Numbered from the stretch's first letter, positions 39,539-53,118 are shown. The stretch: DNA of 64,000 nt from Octopus sinensis (GCF_006345805.1 NC_043015.1:868001-932000); one strand, 5' to 3'. Translations and numbers: made by a program. The notes: a model not told the origin generated them from the sequence alone.

Positions 39539-40944
39539 CTGTGAAATAATGTGGTACATGGCAGCAACTAGCCCTCTTCTACTCAAATTGTTTGGATTTA
39601 TGTCTGAATCAGAAACCACTATTAGCTTTGAAAGACAATATCTGCATCGCATTACGAGGAAGGCAAAAGTGTTTCTTCTTCCACACAACGACCCATCTAA
39701 TTGAATTGTTCTTTTCCCCATCATATAAACAGACAGATTGCATTTGCGCTGCTGAGATGACCTTTCTGATATCAATTTAGAAAAGTGATAGGATTAGAGG
39801 GATTGGTGTTGCTGATAGTAGCGATGGCAAGTATAGGGGTAGGAGTGAAGTTTATGACATAGGGATTATTATTATACGTGGTGACTATTGTAGTGGTTGT
39901 GATGATGTTGGTAGTTGCGGTAGCAGTAGTGGGTAGGATGGTGTTGGTACATAGTTAGTTACGCAAAGTTGTGGTTGTAGGTATGATGACGGTTTGATGT
40001 TTGTTGTTATGGTGTTGTTATTTATATTAGTGCTGGTTATGGCGGGAATGGTAGTATTAGTAGTAGTAGACTATGATCCGGTGGTATATGTGATAACATT
40101 AAAAACACCATGCTGGTAGCGATGGCGGCGGTGCTGATCGAAATGATGGTGAAGGTGCCAAGTGGTAACGATAAAAATGGGACTGATTTTCTTGGAAAGC
40201 GGGATTTACGTTGGTGGTGGGAAAGCTGGTGGTATTCTGCAATCGTGGAGGCAGCGACCATGCTGGTTAACATGGTGGTGGTGTTATTATTGTTGTTGTT
40301 GTTGTTTGTGTTGGTGGTAGTGGTGGTTTTGGCGTAGATTGTGGCGGCGATTTCGGTAATAAAATCCGATGAGATTGTTCTTCTTACGGAGATGGTGGCG
40401 GAGTTGATGCTGATGCTGTTGATAACCAGGCGGCGGTGCTGGTTGCGGTGGGGATGCTGGTAGTAATGGTGAGGCATATGGCGGTGGAATCGGTGCTGCC
40501 GTAAATGACATCGTGTTGATAGCGTCAGCAGCACTGGTGATCGTCATGGTAGTGTTTATGTCCACCACTGTTTTAGCATTAATGGCGACAGTAATGGCGA
40601 TGGTAGTGGTGGTGACAGTGGCTTTGGAGGTGTGGTTCCTGCGGAGATCGCCTTGGGGATACTTTGATGAGCTCATGATACTATGACCAATTGGTGGCAA
40701 ATTGCGAGCTGCCATATTGATCCCTTTCCCGCACCATATCCACACATATTCACACTCTTTTCTTTTTTTTATGGCCCCTTCCAACAGCTCCCTAATTTAC
40801 TAGCTAATTTACTCCGATAGTGTCTGTATATGTCCTAATTTATTAGGATGATTTAGGGAAAAGGGATACGGAATCGGGGTCGGATCGAATAACACGATGT
40901 CGCACGGAAGGCGAGGGAGAAAAGGAAGGCATTCGTGCAAGCGC

Positions 40945-40986
<42 letters not shown>

Positions 40987-41193
40987 ATGTATGCATGTAT
41001 GTGTATATATTTTTGTGTGTATATATATCAATATATGTATTCATATATTAATATATATATATATATGAATATATGTATTCATATATATGTGTATGTATAT
41101 ATATATATATACTTATATATATATATATATATAATATATATGTATATATATATTCATATATATGTGTGTATATATATCTATATATTAATATTA

Positions 41194-41225
<32 letters not shown>

Positions 41226-41601
41226 TGTATATTAATGCATATGAGTGTTTGTGTGTGTGTGCATGTGTGCAAGTGTAAATGTGGTTTATATGCATTGATT
41301 CATGTATTCGTATGCATGTATGCGTATTTGTATGGATGTCTGAAACGATAATTTTTTTCGGAACTTTTATCTGTATTTTAGATGAAGGTTATTAAAATAG
41401 ATTTATGGACTGTGATATTGTAGAGCAGATGTAACGTCTGAAACTGCAAGAAGTTAACATAGATAAATTGATAAGCAAATTGATAAATGGATATGTATGT
41501 GTGTGTGTGTGTTTGCGCGTGTGTGTGCGTGTTTGTGAGTGAATGTATCTGTGCACATGCCGAATTAAATAGCGATACTTCGCTAGATAGATAGATAGAC
41601 G

Positions 41602-41649
<48 letters not shown>

Positions 41650-41658
41650 TATAGATAA

Positions 41659-41709
<51 letters not shown>

Positions 41710-41878
41710 TGTAGATAGATAGGTAGATAGTCAGACAGATGGATAGATGGATAGAAATAAATCAATAAAGATAGACATATAGATAAATAAATATATATAT
41801 ATATATATTATATATATATATGTATATATATATATGTATATATATATATAATATATATATATATATAGATATATATAT

Positions 41879-41949
<71 letters not shown>

Positions 41950-42050
41950 ACATTATCGAAATAATGAAAAGTGAAAAAGAAGATATGGAAGAACGAAAAA
42001 AAAATCACGCAAAATGACTCGGAAAATTAGATCCGAAGTGTGAAAGATGA

Positions 42051-42150
<100 letters not shown>

Positions 42151-42528
42151 TAGAGGCGAGGGAGATAGAAACACAAATAGAGGAAGGGAAAGACAAGAAG
42201 GCTTCTATGTAATAAAGACAGTGAAAAATTACATGATTAGGATCAAATATCACAGCGGCCAACCGCTGTCGCTGTATCCTGTCAGAGTTATCTACACTTG
42301 CCTTCACCCCTTTATCTTTCATTTAATCTATTACTTTAGCCTTTCATTTAATTACTTTCACATTTGATTGCCGTCTTCTTTTCAGTTGTTCTTTTAAACA
42401 TTATTTTTTTTTCTTTTTTGTTATTTGATATTTAATTGATATTTATTTAAAGGAGCATGCTGGTGTTATATTTGTTGATTCTGTTCTTATATTTCTTTAT
42501 ATTACAGATGCAATCTTTCGCTATAAAC

Positions 42529-42597
<69 letters not shown>

Positions 42598-42604
42598 TAT
42601 TATT

Positions 42605-42672
<68 letters not shown>

Positions 42673-42764
42673 TATTATCAGTATCATCATCATCAGTATC
42701 ATCATCATCAGTATCATCATCATCAGTATCATCATCATCATCATTCTTCTTCTTCTTATTATTA

Positions 42765-42806
<42 letters not shown>

Positions 42807-42812
42807 TATTAT

Positions 42813-43030
42813 GGTGGCGAGTTGGCAGAATCATTAGCACACTGGAAAAAAATGCTTGGCGATATTTTGCCCGTCGCTACGGTCAGAGTTCAAATTCTAC
42901 CGAGGTCGATTTTTGCCTTTCATCATTTCGGGGTTGATAAATGAAGTGCCAGTGAAACACTAGGGTTGATTTAATCTACTAGTCCTCCTCCCCACAAATT
43001 TGTGGTCTTGTCCCTATAGCAGAAAAGATT
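42813..43030 (+). mobile_element. SINE family C
   Basis: ggtggcgagttggcagaatcattagcac...gagttcaaattctaccgaggtcga...cctttcatcatttcggggttgataaa...agaaaagatt followed by ATT-rich sequence. Confidence 0.85.
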
Positions 43031-43292
43031 ATCATTAATATTATTTTTTATATTTTTTTTCAATTTTGTTAGACTTGTTAACACGCAAAACCCTCACGGC
43101 AGCCCAAACTCACACATACACATGCACATTCTTTGCTTTGACCTGTACTGTCCATAATGTTTTTCTTAATGTAGACCCATGTGATTAATAAAGAAATCAT
43201 TATTAACAAAACAGAAATTATAGTTGTTATTATTATTATTATTATTATCATTATTATTATCATTATTATTATTATTATTATTATCATTATTA

Positions 43293-43333
<41 letters not shown>

Positions 43334-43393
43334 TATTATTAACATTATTATTATATTATTATTATTATCATTATGAATATTATTATTATTATT

Positions 43394-43429
<36 letters not shown>

Positions 43430-43610
43430 ATTGTCTTGTTGTTTCTGTTTTATTATCACTTATATAGTTCATTCACAGTGGGAAAAGCTGATGGTGTGTC
43501 ATAAAAGAAAAAAAATACGAAAAATTAAAAACGAAAGAAAAAGAAACTCCTGCCCCCATTACGCCCTCTGCCGCTAAGCCCCCTAATCCATCATCAACAG
43601 AAACAAGCAA

Positions 43611-43650
<40 letters not shown>

Positions 43651-43873
43651 GTGTTGTGTTTGTGGTTCCTGATATCAATGCAAACAACATGAAATCTGTT
43701 GTAATTCAATACATCCAATATGTGGTGTAAGGAGCGTTACATCGAAGAAAGCGTCAAACCTCAAGCAGGAATCAACAAACTGCAGGCACATTTCGTAACA
43801 CAACTGTACACATTTCATTTCCATTGTTACTGCTGTGGTTGTTTATATTTTTGTTTATCGTCAGGTCCACCTT

Positions 43874-44180
43874 TGTGAAGGCGCAATGGCCCAGTGGTTA
43901 GAACAGCGGACTCGCAGTCGGAGGATCGCGGTTTCGATTCCCAGACCGGGTGTTGTGTGTATTTATTGAACGAAAATACCTAAAAGCCCCATGAGGTTCC
44001 GGCAGAGAGTGGTGGCGACCCCTGTTGTAGTCTTTCGCCATAACTTTCTCTCACTCTCTCTCTCTTCTTGTTTCTTGAGTAACTCTGCGGTGGACCGGCG
44101 TCCCATCCAGCTCAGTGAGAACTCATACGCCACAGGAACATGGAAACCGGGCACATGAGCCTGGCTAGGCTTGAAAAAAA
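43874..44180 (+). mobile_element. SINE family D with 12-bp TSD
   Basis: tRNA-like head ggcgcaatggcccagtggttag...gcggactcgcagtc...ggtttcgattccc; TSD caggtccacctt at 43862-43873 and 44181-44192; A-tail. Confidence 0.9.
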
Positions 44181-44338
44181 CAGGTCCACCTTACGTTGAT
44201 AGTCATAAATTGAAAGGCGTTCCACAGAGTTCTAGCCTGTCGTATACGGAGATATGTTACAAAATATTTTCCGGTAGATTCTTGCAATCTTCATCGCTAC
44301 TTATTGTAGTAGCTGTTGGTCAAATATTACAGTAATTA

Positions 44339-45772
44339 CAGTCGGGGCCAAAAGATCTAAATGTTTATTTTTTTTTAATTAAAATTTTTATGCATAAGTA
44401 CAATTCGATTCAAATATAGACAACATAGATATATACTTACGTAATCACTGGTCTAATGGTTCAATTCCTATTTTCAGACTTATGCTTCAACCTTGTGGCC
44501 AAGTCATAATATATTACATTCGACAAAAACGATTTGCTACAAGGGGAAAGGCATGTGGTTTAGACTATATCGAAGACGCTGATTTCGAATCCGGCCTCAG
44601 AATTATTCTAGCAAGTTGGGACTTTTATAACTATACTTTCGGGTAGATATAGGGCGTATTATAAAATTTGCTAAAATGAAAGAGGTCTTAATTAAAAATT
44701 AAAGAAATAACAAGAATGAAAGAAACAATGGGAATGTTTATTATTTATTTTAGCAATAGATGGCGCTGACCAATTTTATGCAAGCGCTAATTACGTCAGT
44801 TTGTTCTTGGTAACTCTCAGTGTCTTTTGCGCTGCCGTCATGTGTAGTATGTGTTCCTCTCTCACTGCGTGATTACTGTTTTAACTGGGTTCATTGTGCT
44901 AGATCATAGATAGGTGACGCTGTGTGAATCGCCCAGACAACTTTTGTTATGTCTGTGGAAAATTTGCTCTGCGTGACCAGCAGAAGAACATTACCACCAA
45001 ATTAAAAACTACCTATCAATATTATTTCGAGTGTGTGAGTATTATTTCTGGTGGAAATAGGTGGGTACCTCATATATATGCTGCTCCCTGCAGGACTTAC
45101 TCAGTGGCTGAATGGAAAACGGAAGGAAATGCCTTTTGCTGTACCAATGGTATGACGTGGACCAACCAATCTTTTCTCTGTCTATCACTTTTGCATGACT
45201 AATATTACAGGTTTCTCAAAAAAGTAAAAATAAAAATCAATAGAAAAATTGTGTATGCATATTGTTAATCGGCTCTAAAGCCGGTCCCACATAGCTTAGA
45301 GAACCCTGCCCTAGTTCTCTTCTCATATGATTCAGTTGAAAACCTCGACACGTCGGACGATGAACCCCCTGGTTCTCCTATCGACGAAGAGTACGTAGTT
45401 GATTCTAAGAAAAATGAACCATGCTTGTTTAATCAAGAAGATTTGAACGATTTATTAAGAGACCTAGCATTGTTATAGAAAAATGCAAAAGTTTCGGGAT
45501 CCAGGCAAACATTTCCTTTTCGAAATCAGCGTACGCGATTTAGTTTATTACAGCACCATTTGTCTGGGTAGCGGACAATAAATGCTTTTTTGTTGCCTAG
45601 TGTTATAAATGATATATAATTTTAAGCATTTAATATAAAAATCTTAATTTTCAGACCTATGCTCCAAACTTTTGGCCAAGTAATAATATATTATAAATTA
45701 AATAAATGTTAATGCATTCATATAAAAATTCTTAATTTTCAGAACTTCGTTCCAAACTTTTGACCACGACTG
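44339..45772. mobile_element. Segment bounded by TA-flanked Tc1/mariner-like TIRs (~1.43 kb)
   Basis: Left TA|cagtcggggccaaaag; right end reverse complement TA|cagtcgtggtcaaaag (14/16). Two further direct copies of the right-end motif lie at ~44461-44502 and ~45643-45685. Confidence 0.55.
44918..45505 (+). pseudogene. Decayed DNA transposase N-terminus, Chapaev3/CMC-like
   Basis: Stitched frames: CVNRPDNFCYVCGKF...NITTKLKTTYQYYF...WVPHI...ITGFS..K...SALKPVPH...EPCLFNQEDLNDLLRDL...GSR, with frameshifts and stops; catalytic domain absent. That this is a transposase is well supported; the family name comes from recall. Confidence 0.8.
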
Positions 45773-46289
45773 TATATAGCTGACGTTGCTCTTGTTTATC
45801 CTAAGTTAACACCTCTTAGGAGAAGCATTCCTGAACAAACACATCTAAAGCCAAAGGAGTGATCTTGAATATATTATGAAATGATGTTCCGTTTTTATCA
45901 TCCATTACAGTAGATATCATTTAGATAGTTTATCTTCATATTTTACTGATTGTCTCTTTGTTGTTGCTGCTGTATCTCTTTCGCCCTAAGTTCACACGCA
46001 TTTATGTAAATAAAGAGTCAAATCTTTTTCCAATGGTGACTATTCCGTTTCTTTTCTTTCGGGCGTGAAACGGTACTTCTGAATATATCTTGCCTTATTA
46101 TGCTAGTATGCAATATGATGGAGATTTAGCTACTATTTCGAAACAAGACTTGCAGCCTTCATGCTTGACAACGTCAAGGGAAGTGATGATGATGACAGCA
46201 ATAATAATAATAATGATGATAAATACAACGACAACGAAAATGATGATGATGATGATGATGATGACGACGACGACGACGACGACGACGAC

Positions 46290-46322
<33 letters not shown>

Positions 46323-46327
<5 letters not shown>

Positions 46328-46860
46328 CATTTATTTGCCACAAGGGCTAAGGAAGAGGAGAACAATACAAAGACAGACATAAAGTATGGGAGATTACATA
46401 TGGTGAAATGATAAGGAAAAATGAAAGAAAGTTTAGCATACACGGTATAAGCGGAAAAAAAGGGACATATGCACAGCATATAGAAGTTTTAAAAGAAAGA
46501 GGCTAGGAGGAGGATGATAGAGACGTGGCCCTCCTGATACAGGATGGCCTCTAGGAATAATTACGGAACCAAACTGTCCGAGATTTCGCTGAAACCCCAG
46601 GAGCAAATGCCCTCTCCAATCCTTTCCCTCCGACTCAGAGGTCTAGACTTAGGGAAGAACCAGCCGGTCTTGCCATTTTTGCTACTTTTAACCACAATTC
46701 AATAATCTAACTCGAGTATAACTCTTCCTTCTCCTTATCAGTTTCCATTTCAAGTTAGACTCGACGAAGTGAATGACAGCTCTACCAAACAGGGAAATAT
46801 ATGTCTTCCTGTATATCTGACTTCAGGCGATACATGTGGTGAGCCATGGGAAGCTTGAGT
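46323..46860 (-). mobile_element. L1/Tx1-type LINE 3' end (diverged subfamily) with (ATC)n tail at ~46180-46325
   Basis: Minus strand ends ELWLKVAKMARPAGSSLSLDL* (cf. KRWVNVARMARMNDEATLSIVL* at 48601-48723), then a pyrimidine-rich UTR and cttagcccttgtggcaaataaatgaaatcatcatc. Confidence 0.7.
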
Positions 46861-46949
46861 ATTGTTCTATGAATTTTAATGATCTCACTGAAGAGCCTTG
46901 TATATTAAATTTCAAGGACAGTTGTCCTAGCAGCATGTTCTCAACAGTA

Positions 46950-47107
46950 TGTTCGTCTATCTTTGAGTTCTGAGTTCAAATTCTTTCGAGGTCACCTTGG
47001 ACATTCATCATTAGGGGCTCGATAAATTAAGTACCAGTTAAACTTTGGAGTCGATGCAATCGGCCTGTCCTCTCCCCCCAAATGTTATGCTTCGTGCCTT
47101 TAGGAGA

Positions 47108-47154
<47 letters not shown>

Positions 47155-47220
47155 TATTATTATTATTATTATTATCATTATTATCATCCTCCTCCCATTC
47201 ATCATCAATCATTATCATCA

Positions 47221-47258
<38 letters not shown>

Positions 47259-47368
47259 TATTTTATTTTATTATTATTATTATTATTCTTATTATATTAT
47301 TATCATTATTATCACCCTCCTCCCATTCACATCATCAATCATTATCATCATTATTATTATTATTATTA

Positions 47369-47403
<35 letters not shown>

Positions 47404-47471
47404 TATTATTATCATTATTATCATCCTCCTCCCATTCATCATCAATCATTATCATCATCATTATATTATTA

Positions 47472-47509
<38 letters not shown>

Positions 47510-47530
47510 ATTATTATTATTATTATTATT
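46950..47530 (+). mobile_element. SINE family C (5'-decayed) with expanded (ATT)n tail containing an internal ~240-bp-period duplication
   Basis: gttctgagttcaaattctttcgaggtc...gataaattaagtaccag...tttaggagaaagtatt; attatcatcctcctcccattcatcatcaatc recurs at ~47180 and ~47420. Confidence 0.8.
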
Positions 47531-47951
47531 AAGAACATGCGCGCTGGCGGTGTCGTTAGCACGTTCAAATAATGGCGTTCATAAAATAAGAACAGCGTGG
47601 TATATGTCATCGATCTCTCCTCCCTCCAAAAGCCACTGACCCTGTACCAAAAATTTTGAACCATCGTCAGTATTGGAGGTGTTTGGTGTTTATGTTGCTG
47701 GTGTTGTTTTGTCTCATCTTGTCGGGTGAGGATGAATCTTAAAACAGAGAAATATGAAAGAGCTTTTATTTGCAATTTGGAAATAATTTAATACATCACG
47801 ATTAAGAAATGTGGTGAAAATATTGTTACTTTTTCCAGTGATTCATTTAGTGAGCTTAATTCAGTCTCAATTCAGAAACCGAAGTACAAGATCATATAGG
47901 CTATCCAGTGGACTACTTTTAGAAAGGACACGTTCGGAAACTATAAAACAG

Positions 47952-48022
<71 letters not shown>

Positions 48023-48049
48023 CTCTCTCATCACTTCTTCAAGTACCAC

Positions 48050-48600
48050 TTGAAAAGGAAAGTGAGAGTAGAGCAAGTTTTTTGTCTAGCGAATGTTTAA
48101 AAAAAGATGGGTGATGTAGCAAGAATGGCACTTATGAATGACGAAGCCACCTGAGCATAGTCCTATGAACCCAGAAATCGAAAAATAGAGTTGCTTATTT
48201 GCAAAAAAAAAAAAAAAAAAAAAAGAAATATAAAATGTGACTTCATTGACCGAGGTTACCGTGGTCTTTTCCGCAGGCTTTTTTCTTTCCACGGGTAAAC
48301 CTCACCTGTCCTCCCCTTTACACTTCATATTGACATTTCTGTGATAACGATCCCTATTGATCATTTTTTTTTCCTCTCCCCCCCTTTTTTTTTTTTTTTT
48401 TTAACCCCCCTTATTTTTGTCCTCTTTCTCTCCTTTTAACATCCCTTTTGATCGAACCTCCCCCTTCCTTTTTTTTTTTTTTTTTTTTTTTTTTAATACC
48501 TTCAAAAGAAAAGCTCTACCTTGTAATTTGTTCTATCTGTGTGCAGCCCTGTGTGGCTAATAAAGAAACATATCTATCTATCTATCTATCTACCTATCTA
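48050..48600 (+). mobile_element. 5'-truncated L1/Tx1-type LINE 3' end, copy 1 of tandem pair
   Basis: Starts ttgaaaaggaaagtgagagtagag; ends cagccctgtgtggctaataaagaaac plus (TATC)n. Confidence 0.75.
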
Positions 48601-49035
48601 TTGAAAAGGAAAGTGAGAGTAGAGAGGCACGTTTTGTCTAGCAAATGTTTTAAAAAAAGATGGGTGAATGTAGCAAGAATGGCACGTATGAATGACGAAG
48701 CCACCTTGAGCATAGTCCTATGAACCCAGAAATCGAAAACAGAGAGTTGCTTATTTGCAAAAAAAAAAAAAAAAAAAAAAAGAAATATAAAATGTGACTT
48801 CATTGACCGAGGTTACCGTGGTCTTTTCCGCAGGCTTCTTTCCACTGGTAAACCTCACCTGTCCTCCCCTTTACACTTCATATTGACATTTCTGTGATAA
48901 CGATCCCTATTGATCATTTTTTTTTCCTCTCCCTCCCCCCCCCCTTTTTTTTATTTTTTTATTTTTTTTTTTAACCCCCCTTATTTTTGTCCTCTTTCTC
49001 TCCTTTTACGATCCTTTTGATCGAACCTCCCCCTT

Positions 49036-49069
<34 letters not shown>

Positions 49070-49140
49070 CCTTCAAAAGAAAAGCTCTACCTTGTAATTT
49101 GTTCTATCGGTGTGCAGCCCTGTGTGGCTAATAAGAACAT
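48601..49140 (+). mobile_element. 5'-truncated L1/Tx1-type LINE 3' end, copy 2 of tandem pair
   Basis: Same start point as copy 1 (period ~551); encodes LKRKVRVERHVLSSKCFKKRWVNVARMARMNDEATLSIVL*, resembling the R....L..F..RW end of Tx1/L1 ORF2. Clade is an inference. Confidence 0.75.
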
Positions 49141-49252
49141 ATCTACCTATCTATTTACCTATCTATTTATCTATCTGTCTATCTATCTATCTATTTTTCT
49201 ATATATGTATACATGTATGTATCAATCTATCTACCTGTTTATCTATCTATAC

Positions 49253-49333
<81 letters not shown>

Positions 49334-49334
49334 A

Positions 49335-49391
<57 letters not shown>

Positions 49392-49442
49392 CATCGCTCT
49401 CTCTTTCTGTCTGTCTGTCTATCTATCTATCTACCCATCCCA

Positions 49443-49484
<42 letters not shown>

Positions 49485-50466
49485 GTATGTGTGTTTTTGT
49501 GCATGTCTGTCTTTCTCTGTCTCTGTCTCTGAATATATATCTCTTTTTCGGTGTATGTATATATGTATGTATGTAGTATGTATGTATGTATGTATGTATG
49601 TATCTACGTATGCATGTATGTATGTATGCATCTATCTATCTACCTACCTACCTAACAACCTACCTTTCTATCTATCTTCCTGTCTACTAATGTGTTTCTC
49701 TGTCACACTGTATGCATGTCTCTCTAAATTTATAGCCATATACAACTATACGTTATGCCTGAGTGTGTATGATTGCTCATAAACGAATAAGGAATATATA
49801 CATCAATTTAATTGCGACATATTTGGACGTAATTAAAAGATGGATTTCAAGTAACTCTCACATAATCAATAACCAGCGATATAGTTCAAAAACGCATACG
49901 CAAATTTACGTCAATCCTCATGATTATGTGCGCGTATGCATATATGTGTGTACGTCAAAGCATATGGGCACATATAACATATTGATTTGCAATGGCGCCT
50001 TACTTAATCCATGCGCATATTACGTAAATATTAAATTAAAATGTCCGATAAAATCTGTGTTTCATGCTTTAAACATACATCTTCCCTTATATCATCAAGA
50101 TAATTTTCTATGTAGATGAAAATATAATGTACGAGGCCGATACGGCTAAGCTTCTTAGTGATTTCTTTTGATCTAAGTAATGATCATCTTATAAATTATA
50201 TATTATATTACTTTTAGTACGTTTTATGCGTATGAACAGACACACACACACACACACACGCATAAATAGGTAAGTGGAAATTTGCAAGAATACATACACA
50301 CACATACACAGATACACAGATACAGACACACACGTGTGTACGTATTGACGATACGCTTTATCAATATTGTTTTCACCTGACACATATTCACAAGTATATG
50401 TAATCATGTGTATGCCAGCTCTCATATATATATATATATATGTACTATATATGTACACCCTCACAT

Positions 50467-50512
<46 letters not shown>

Positions 50513-50700
50513 GTAGTGGCATATATGTATATATATATTCATATATATACACATGCATTTACACCCTTTATATATATTACCTACGCACATATACATACGT
50601 GGGTACATATATATATATATATACATATATATAGATATATGTATGCATATGAATATATATATATGTATGTATATATATGAATATATATATTATATATATC

Positions 50701-50764
<64 letters not shown>

Positions 50765-51200
50765 CATACACACACAGACACACACGCGCGTTTCGTGCCA
50801 TGTCTAACTCCTATAATCTTCAAACAAGAACGACAAAAAGAACAAACTCGTTTAACAGAAGACAAACAACACAAAACAAAACAAAATGAACCAAGGTTTT
50901 CGATATTGTATTTAGAAAATTCTAAAAAGTAATGTCTTTATAGATCGATACCTGCTAAGATATATAACTAATCGAGCGAAATATAATTATTTTAATTACT
51001 AACAGATCAAAGGCATACACATATGGAAATGCTTTTAGATATATTACAAAGTGTTCTACTGAAGGATGAAATAATTATATATATATATATATATATAGAA
51101 AATATATATATATACATGTATATATATTTATACACGTATATATATGAATATATATATGCATATATATTTGTGTGTGTGTGTATATATATATATGTATATG

Positions 51201-51240
<40 letters not shown>

Positions 51241-51406
51241 TATGCATACAAACGAATACATGAAATGATATATTGATTGGAGATCTAAAGATTGATTCGA
51301 AGATGTTACGGTTTTTTAAGACTTCTTATGTTGCACACATTCGGATCAAGTAGTACAACATAGTTAAATATGCAACAGATAGGAAATGCTGCAGTTATAT
51401 ATATGT

Positions 51407-51450
<44 letters not shown>

Positions 51451-51846
51451 TGTGTTCACGTGTGTGTTTGTTTTTGTCTGTGTGTGTGTGCAGTGTATTT
51501 AGGCCTGTAAATACCTGCTTCCATCGCTTATTACGTTAATTTACACACCCTGCGTCTGCTTGTGACCCCAGTTTGTTGCTCATTATTTTAATACCATTTA
51601 AAAGGTAATTCTTCTATCCATGCTGGGAATTACACATTCGGCAAAAGATTCGCATTTAGCAAATCAACGTGCTGGAAAATCTTCACGCTCTACCAATAGA
51701 TTTTGCTCATCAGTACCATACACCTGTACGAAATTCATTATTGTTCCATTGCTAATATATAACCTCCATAAGTTTATACAGAATTATATACATATAGATA
51801 CATGCACACATACATACATATATATGTATATACATATATATATATA

Positions 51847-52995
51847 TCTTTATATATATATAAAACTGAGAACGTGTGTGTGTCTGTCTGTCTGTGTGTT
51901 TCCCTAAAACTTGAGAACTACGCAATCAATTTCATTCAAATCATACACATGCATTACTTAGGGTCCAGGGAGTGTCATCGGAAAAAAACGTTAACATTTT
52001 GCCTAGCGCTAGCCCATAGCAATAACATATCTTCTCCACTACGATTCCCTAAAACTTTAGAACTACACAACCAATTTCATTCCAATTTTACACATGCCTG
52101 GCTTAGGGTCAATGTTGCTTAGGGTCCATGCAAGCCCATAGCAATATCATATCTTCTCCACTATTTCAGTATTACATGTTAAAAGTGAAACAAAAATATT
52201 TCTCTATTTTATGTCAAATGCTTTCACTTTATCAATAAAAATAATAATAACAATTGAATTTTATGTAGTAAGTAATAATTAAAATCAAACTAATGTATAA
52301 TATAATCGTTACATAACAAAAGTAAAAATAGCAATTGGTATAAAATTGCATCAATGATTTTAACTTGAATAAGTGGTTTCACATGAATGGGAATAAATTA
52401 AAAATAAAATTAGCGTGCAGAAATGGAATAGTCCTGATGGATAATAAAAAATTAAATTAAAGAAAAGACTATTGTCTATAAAGTATACAATGTAGAGAAA
52501 AAAGAAGATTTGAACACATGGAGGAAAGCACCTTCGAAAAGTGTCTTGGTGGGACTATGAAAAATATCTAATCAGAGGCGGTAAATTCGCCACAATAGAA
52601 GCAAGATTCGAGGCAACGGAGCGTGCAAGGGAGTACTCGAATCGAACTGGCAAAGTGGAAATATTTTATTTTTACCTTTATATCTGGGACGTAGGACGTC
52701 CCGGAAAAAACATTTTAAATGCCCCCCCCCCCCCAGAAGTAGAGGTAGGCTGGATTGTAGCCACACTTCTACACAAAAGGAAGGACAAGATACAATTGAA
52801 CGAAATTACAAGAGACGGGCTAACAATTCCAGTCTTTTATATATTTTGAGTATTGTTATCACTAGCGATATCAAGATATAAATTTGTAGTTTGCATTTTA
52901 TGTGTAGATGTATATATATCGATTTCAATGCAATATGTACACATATATACATGCACTAGCACTATGACCCGGCAACGACGGATCTTTAATGCTAG
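51847..52995 (+). mobile_element. Non-autonomous Helitron-like element (~1.15 kb, possibly composite)
   Basis: 5' A|TCTTTATATATATATAAAACTG plus (GT)/(GTCT) microsatellite, as in the 32582 element; internal duplicated blocks (ccctaaaact...cttagggtc; agcccatagcaat...cttctccacta); 3' ccggcaacgacgg hairpin then CTAG|T at 52992-52996. Confidence 0.7.
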
Positions 52996-53029
<34 letters not shown>

Positions 53030-53038
53030 AATGTATGC

Positions 53039-53070
<32 letters not shown>

Positions 53071-53083
53071 TATATAATATATA

Positions 53084-53118
<35 letters not shown>

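Noticed and set aside
39800-40700. Long ORFs over decayed (GGT/GAT)n blocks (also 11450-11880, 24850-25300, 27000-27640)
   Set aside because: Low-complexity trinucleotide decay open in several frames and strands; no splice or homology support.
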